Part shown: in pieces, positions 59,763 to 64,000 of the stretch
How the letters are laid out: every line of letters starts with the position of its first letter
Numbering within the stretch: position 1 is the stretch's first letter
Origin: Candidatus Kuenenia stuttgartensis
Lineage (GTDB): Bacteria; Planctomycetota; Planctomycetia; Pirellulales; UBA1268
DNA: 64,000 bases
Direction of reading: 5' to 3'
NCBI GenBank assembly: GCA_945897435.1
Contig: CAMDFJ010000005.1
Coordinates: 1,781-65,780, forward strand
Notes under the pieces: generated by a model
What the model was told of the DNA's origin: nothing
Database searches by the model: none
Seen by the model: only the letters and a program-made list of their open reading frames with translations
Made by a program: the position numbers and the translations under genes

Positions 59763-61709
59763 TCACTCAGCCGGTTCCCTGCCGGCGACGAGGTCGAGGA
59801 TCGCGACGCCGAAGTCGGCCAGCCGCTTCTCGCCGATCCCCTTCACCCGCAGGAGGGCCGCCGGCGACGCCGGCTTCTCTCGGGCGATCGCCCGCAGGGC
59901 CTTGTCGTCGAAGATGGTCCAGGCCGGCTTGCTGCGGGAGTCCGCAACGCGGCGACGCCAGGTTCGCAGCCGCTCGAATAGATCGCGATCAACCCCCTGC
60001 CAGTCGTCGACGTCGGCCTTTGCCGTCTTGGTCTTGCCGACCCGCGGCTCGAGCAGCACGACGGGCCGTTCGCCGCGGAGCACCTCCCAGGAGCGGGCAT
60101 TGAGCACGACCACGGGCCGTTCTCCGCTGCTGCGTTCGAGCAGGCCCTGGTCGAGGAGTTGATGGGTCAGGTTCTCGGCGGCCCGCTGGTCGAGTGTCTT
60201 CAGCAGCCCGAAGGTCGAGAGCCGGTCGTGGCCGTGCCGCGAGATGCCGTCCGTGGTCGCGCCGCGGAGCACCTCGCAGACGTGTCGCACGCCGAACCGC
60301 TCACCGACGCGGGCCACGCAGGAGATGATCTTCTGTGCCGTGACGGTGGCATCGGGCAGGCTTTCTGTCTCGCCGAGACAGACGTCGCATGCCCCGCAGG
60401 ACTCGGTGCCGTACGCCTGACCGAAATATTCCGAGAGCGCGGCATGGCGGCACCGGGCCGCCTGGGCGTAGCGACGCATGCCGTGCAGGTGTTCGGTCTG
60501 ACTCGCCACCAGCCGGGCCATCTCCTCCGGCTCGAGTTCAGCCTCGTCGGCGCTCTTGCGGACAAGCGACTCCCAGCTGAAGACGTCGGCCGACGAATAG
60601 AGCAGCACGCACTCCGCGGCCAGTCCGTCACGGCCCGCCCGGCCCGTCTCCTGCTGGTAGGCCTCGAGGCTCTTGGGCAGCGACGTGTGGAGGACGAGCC
60701 GAACATTCGAACGGTCGATGCCCATGCCGAAGGCCACCGTCGCCACGACCACATCGATCGTCTCTCTGGCGAACGCCTCCTGGGTCTTATGCCGCTCACG
60801 GGTGTCGAGCCCCGCATGGTAGGGCCGGGCGAGGATCCCCTCGGCGGCAAGCCTCGCCGCGAGCCGCTCGGTCTCCTTGCGGGAGATGCAGTAGACGATC
60901 GAGGCCTCCCCTTTGTGGCGACCGAGAATCTCGAGCGTCTGCCGCGTGCGGTCGGTCCGAGGCACGACCCGGTAGCAGAGATTCGGGCGATCGAAGATGC
61001 CGACGAGAACCTCTGGGTCCTGGAGGTGCAGCTGACTGGAGATGTCGTCCCGTACCCGCGGCGTGGCGGTGGCCGTGAAGGCGTGCAGGCTGGCAGATGG
61101 AAACCGGTCACGGAGCAGAGAAAGCTGCCGGTATTCGGGGCGGAAATCATGGCCCCACTGGCTGATGCAATGGGCCTCGTCGATCGAGAACCGGCGGACC
61201 CCCACCTGGGCCAGGAGGTCGAGCAACCCCGTGTTCACGAGCCGTTCCGGAGCGGTGAACAGGAGCCGCAGTTCCCCTGCCGCCAGTCGCTGGCGGATCG
61301 ACTGCCGCTCCTCCTGCGAAAGGCCGGAGTGGATCGCGGCGGCAGGGTAGCCGATCGCCTCGAGGGCATCGACCTGATCCTTCATCAGGGCGACGAGCGG
61401 CGAGATCACGACATCCGTGGTCTGGCCCACGAGCGGCGGCAGCTGGTAGCAAAGGCTCTTGCCGCCACCGGTCGGCATCACGACCAGCGAGTCTCGGCCG
61501 TCGAGCGCGGCATGGATTGCCTCTCGCTGCAGCGGACGCAGCCGGTCGAATCCCCACCAGCTGGCGAGCACCTCGGCGATCCGAGGATCGAGGGGGCTTG
61601 GGGTCGCCGTCTCGGAAGCTGCCTGCCCTGGCACTGGTTCACCCTGCCGTGATCTGGAACTTCGTGAGAATAGCAGATCGGGCAGAACCAATGCCTTTTT
61701 GCTCCCCAC
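59763..61709 (-). CDS. recQ: ATP-dependent DNA helicase RecQ
   Basis: FGFDRLRPLQREAI, MPTGGGKSLCYQLP, DEAHCISQWGHDFRPEY, zinc-finger CRH...CGACDVC, C-terminal HRDC. The track start is GTG 61709, and the true start is uncertain. Confidence 0.93.
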   Translation of the reverse strand: MGSKKALVLPDLLFSRSSRSRQGEPVPGQAASETATPSPLDPRIAEVLASWWGFDRLRPLQREAIHAALDGRDSLVVMPTGGGKSLCYQLPPLVGQTTDVVISPLVALMKDQVDALEAIGYPAAAIHSGLSQEERQSIRQRLAAGELRLLFTAPERLVNTGLLDLLAQVGVRRFSIDEAHCISQWGHDFRPEYRQLSLLRDRFPSASLHAFTATATPRVRDDISSQLHLQDPEVLVGIFDRPNLCYRVVPRTDRTRQTLEILGRHKGEASIVYCISRKETERLAARLAAEGILARPYHAGLDTRERHKTQEAFARETIDVVVATVAFGMGIDRSNVRLVLHTSLPKSLEAYQQETGRAGRDGLAAECVLLYSSADVFSWESLVRKSADEAELEPEEMARLVASQTEHLHGMRRYAQAARCRHAALSEYFGQAYGTESCGACDVCLGETESLPDATVTAQKIISCVARVGERFGVRHVCEVLRGATTDGISRHGHDRLSTFGLLKTLDQRAAENLTHQLLDQGLLERSSGERPVVVLNARSWEVLRGERPVVLLEPRVGKTKTAKADVDDWQGVDRDLFERLRTWRRRVADSRSKPAWTIFDDKALRAIAREKPASPAALLRVKGIGEKRLADFGVAILDLVAGREPAE

Positions 61710-61749
61710 ACCCGCGTCAGGCCCGGAGGGCCGGGCCCGGCGGTGTGGG
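61705..61749. repeat. Imperfect long hairpin carrying the same GGCCC-GGA-GGGCC core as the 82-nt repeat
   Basis: TCAGGCCCGGAGGGCCGGG (61717-61735) is identical to the 5' end of repeat copy 1 (19/19, including the T at 18773 just upstream). The upstream CCCCACA also resembles the copy-1 flank. The outer stem CCCACACC (61705-61712) pairs with GGTGTGGG (61742-61749). Confidence 0.7.
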
Positions 61750-61835
61750 ACAGGCTTCAGTCTGTCATCGCCACTTCACGGCAAATCAGTTCGGGATGCC
61801 TTGGGCTTCCGCGAAGCCAGCCGCAATGGCTCGCC

Positions 61836-62543
61836 CTACCCGCCGAGGTAGGCGTCGCGGACCCGCGGGTCGGCGGCCAGATCGGCACCGCTGCCTGTGA
61901 GCGTCACCCGGCCCGTTTCCAGCACGTAGCCGCGGGAGGCGAGCCGGAGCGCGGCCCGGGCGTTCTGTTCGACGAGCATGACGGCGATGCCGCGGCCTGC
62001 AAGCCCGGCAATCACCTCGAAGATCTTCGCCACGATCAGCGGCGCGAGTCCCAGCGAGGGCTCGTCGAGGAGCAGCAGTTTGGGGCGGCCGACCAGTGCC
62101 CGCGCCAGCGCCAGCATCTGCTGCTCGCCGCCTGAGAGGGTGCCGCCAAGCTGTCCCATCCGATCGCCGAGGATCGGAAACAGACTGCAGGCCTCGTCGA
62201 TGTCACGTCGCACCTGCACCCGGTCGGTCTGGGTGAAGCCGCCCAGTTCCAGATTCTCGCGAACGGTGAGCCGAGGAAAAATCCGCCGACCCTCGGGCGA
62301 GTGGCCGATCCCCAACCGCACGATCTCATGCGGTGGCAGCCCGGCCAGCGACTGCCCCTGGAACGTCACCTCGCCCCGCCTCGGCCGGACGATGCCCGAG
62401 ATCGCCATCAGCAGCGTGGTCTTGCCCGCACCGTTGGCTCCGATGATGGCGACGAGTTCCCCTTCGTCGACCGTGATCGAGACTCCGTCGAGGGCCTTGA
62501 TCGGCCCGTATCCGGCTTCGATTCCGCGCACGTCGAGCAGCAT
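61836..62543 (-). CDS. livF: Branched-chain amino acid ABC transporter ATP-binding protein LivF-type
   Basis: 235 aa. Walker A GANGAGKTT, signature LSGGEQQMLALARAL, Walker B LLLLDEPS, C-terminal AYLG. Confidence 0.88.
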   Translation of the reverse strand: MLLDVRGIEAGYGPIKALDGVSITVDEGELVAIIGANGAGKTTLLMAISGIVRPRRGEVTFQGQSLAGLPPHEIVRLGIGHSPEGRRIFPRLTVRENLELGGFTQTDRVQVRRDIDEACSLFPILGDRMGQLGGTLSGGEQQMLALARALVGRPKLLLLDEPSLGLAPLIVAKIFEVIAGLAGRGIAVMLVEQNARAALRLASRGYVLETGRVTLTGSGADLAADPRVRDAYLGG

Positions 62544-62568
62544 CGTCGAGGGTTTCCTGGGACTGGCT

Positions 62569-63894
62569 TCAGCCTTCGTCGCCGAGGTAGGCGGCGATCA
62601 CACGTTCGTCACGCTTCACCTCGGCGGGCGTGCCTTCGGCGATCTTCACGCCGTGGTCGAGCACGGCGACTCGATCGCTGATCCGCATCACGACGTTCAT
62701 GTGATGCTCGATCAGCAGCACCGTCACGCCTTGGTCCCGGATCCGCTCGACGAGTCGGGCCAACTCCTCGGTCTCGGTGGGATTCATGCCGGCCGCCGGT
62801 TCGTCGAGCAACAACAGGCTGCTTCCCGTGGCCAACGCCCGGGCGATCTCCAGCCGCCGCTGGTCGCCATACGGCAACTGCCCCGCAATCCGGTTGGCCT
62901 CGCCGGAAAGTCCGACAAAATCGAGCGACTCCCGAGCCCGGCGGCGGGCTTCGGCCTCGGCCCGCCGGTTTGCAGCGGTGCGAAACAGCATCGAAGGCAG
63001 TCCGCCCGGAATCGTCCGATCGAGCCCGACGAGAACGTTTTCGAGCACGGTCATGTTGGCGAACAGGCGGATGTTCTGAAAGGTTCGGGCGATGCCCGCC
63101 TGGGCAACCACGTGCGGCGACCGCCGGCCCCGCTGCCAGACGGCGATGGTTCCGGCGGTGCCGAGCAGCCAGCCCGCGAACAGGCCTGTCCATCCGCGGA
63201 CGCGAATCCGCCGCTTGCCAGCCGCGAGACGGTCATAGACCTCCTCCTTGATCGGCGGCAGTTTCAGCGAGTCGGCGTGTGCCTCGGCACCTCCCGTGAG
63301 GTCCGTTGTGTCGGGAACCGTGCCGGGGCCGGTCCGCCGGGCCGTCACTGCAGCCTGCAGCGAATTCCGCAGCGCCCTGGCCTCGCCGAGGTCGCGGCGG
63401 ATCGCCAGCACCTCGTTGCCATCGGCGCTCACCACCCGCCACTTGCCAGCCATCTGATCGAGGGCGAGCTCGGCCCGGAAGTACCCGCGCAACCGCTCCG
63501 CCGCCCCCGCGAGCGTGAACGGCTCGCCAGTGATCATCCCGCGTTTGACCACCGCCAGCCAGAGACGATCGATGTCGACGGCGGCGGCCGCGAACAGGAG
63601 TCCCGTGAACAGTCCGACCAGCATCGCGGCCCAGAACGTGCCGGCCGTGAAGGAACGTTCCAGACGGCGGCCCCGCAGCCGCACAGTGCCCGTGGTCGGC
63701 TGATAGATGCCGCTGATCGTGTTGAAAGCCGTCGTCTTACCGGCACCGTTCGGGCCGATCAGCGACACGATGCTTCCCTCGGCGACGTCGAGGTCGAGAT
63801 CGGCGACGGCCACCAGACCTCCGAATCGGACCGTCAGTCGATCGACGTCGAGCAGTGGGGACGCCCCGACAGGCTGGATCGGGTTTCGCTTCAT
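62569..63894 (-). CDS. livG: LivG-type ABC ATP-binding protein with ~180-aa membrane-spanning insert
   Basis: 441 aa against the ~255 aa I remember for LivG. Walker A GPNGAGKTT, GIARTFQNIRLF, YGDQRRLEIARAL, LLLLDEPAAGMNP, IAAYLG. The insert between Walker A and the Q-loop contains FWAAMLVGLFTGLLFAAAAV and WTGLFAGWLLGTAGTIAVW. Confidence 0.85.
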   Translation of the reverse strand: MKRNPIQPVGASPLLDVDRLTVRFGGLVAVADLDLDVAEGSIVSLIGPNGAGKTTAFNTISGIYQPTTGTVRLRGRRLERSFTAGTFWAAMLVGLFTGLLFAAAAVDIDRLWLAVVKRGMITGEPFTLAGAAERLRGYFRAELALDQMAGKWRVVSADGNEVLAIRRDLGEARALRNSLQAAVTARRTGPGTVPDTTDLTGGAEAHADSLKLPPIKEEVYDRLAAGKRRIRVRGWTGLFAGWLLGTAGTIAVWQRGRRSPHVVAQAGIARTFQNIRLFANMTVLENVLVGLDRTIPGGLPSMLFRTAANRRAEAEARRRARESLDFVGLSGEANRIAGQLPYGDQRRLEIARALATGSSLLLLDEPAAGMNPTETEELARLVERIRDQGVTVLLIEHHMNVVMRISDRVAVLDHGVKIAEGTPAEVKRDERVIAAYLGDEG

Positions 63895-64000
63895 GGATGG
63901 GCCTCGTGGAGTTCGGCGGCCATCCGCCGCGAAGGCACCAGGCCCTCCGGGCGGAACCGCATCACGAGCACGAGCGCCAATCCGAAAATCGCCAGCCGCC
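63891..64000 (-). CDS. livM: Branched-chain amino acid ABC transporter permease (LivM-type), C-terminal fragment only
   Basis: My reverse-complement translation is ...RLAIFGLALVLVMRFRPEGLVPSRRMAAELHEAHP*. The stop overlaps the livG ATG (ATGA). The rest of the gene lies beyond the window. Confidence 0.65.
   Translation of the reverse strand, partial: RLAIFGLALVLVMRFRPEGLVPSRRMAAELHEAHP

Overview
High-GC (roughly two-thirds G+C by eye), gene-dense bacterial chromosome segment. It is probably from a planctomycete-like organism. This is inference only, based on a DUF1549/DUF1553 + DUF1501 gene pair, a DUF1080 protein, and ribosomal proteins with long basic tails. I support about 70 genes, nearly all housekeeping and nearly all on the minus strand: tgt-yajC-secDF, a membrane H+-pyrophosphatase, ugd, gyrA, a GT39-GT39-GT2 glycosylation operon (+ strand), pckA, nadE, speA, a MATE exporter, the full S10-spc-alpha ribosomal superoperon (rpsJ to rplQ, lacking tuf, rpmD and infA), a stand-alone EF-G, argS, rsfS, coaX, obg, rpmA, an orphan parA, aroB, recQ and livM/G/F. 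I saw no rRNA, tRNA, CRISPR array, transposase or prophage signal. Many long ORFs in the supplied track are antisense or out-of-frame shadows typical of high-GC DNA. Several track ORFs start at GTG/TTG or carry spurious N-terminal extensions, so I trimmed starts where homology-type reasoning allowed. The most interesting observation is a perfect tandem 82-nt repeat (18774-18855 and 18966-19047). Each copy folds into three stems with a GGA triloop at the apex (GGAGG in two of them), which is the architecture of CsrA/RsmA-titrating sRNAs. A related core motif recurs at 61717-61735. Other items worth a second look:
- a LivG-type ABC ATPase with a ~180-aa insert containing two predicted TM helices
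- an H+-PPase with a ~125-aa periplasmic-loop insert and a lipoprotein-like leader
- a 568-aa secreted unknown protein where rplU normally sits
- a ~41% GC island with nested inverted repeats next to the orphan parA
- several micro-ORFs
All product calls come from my own recognition of motifs. No database search was possible.
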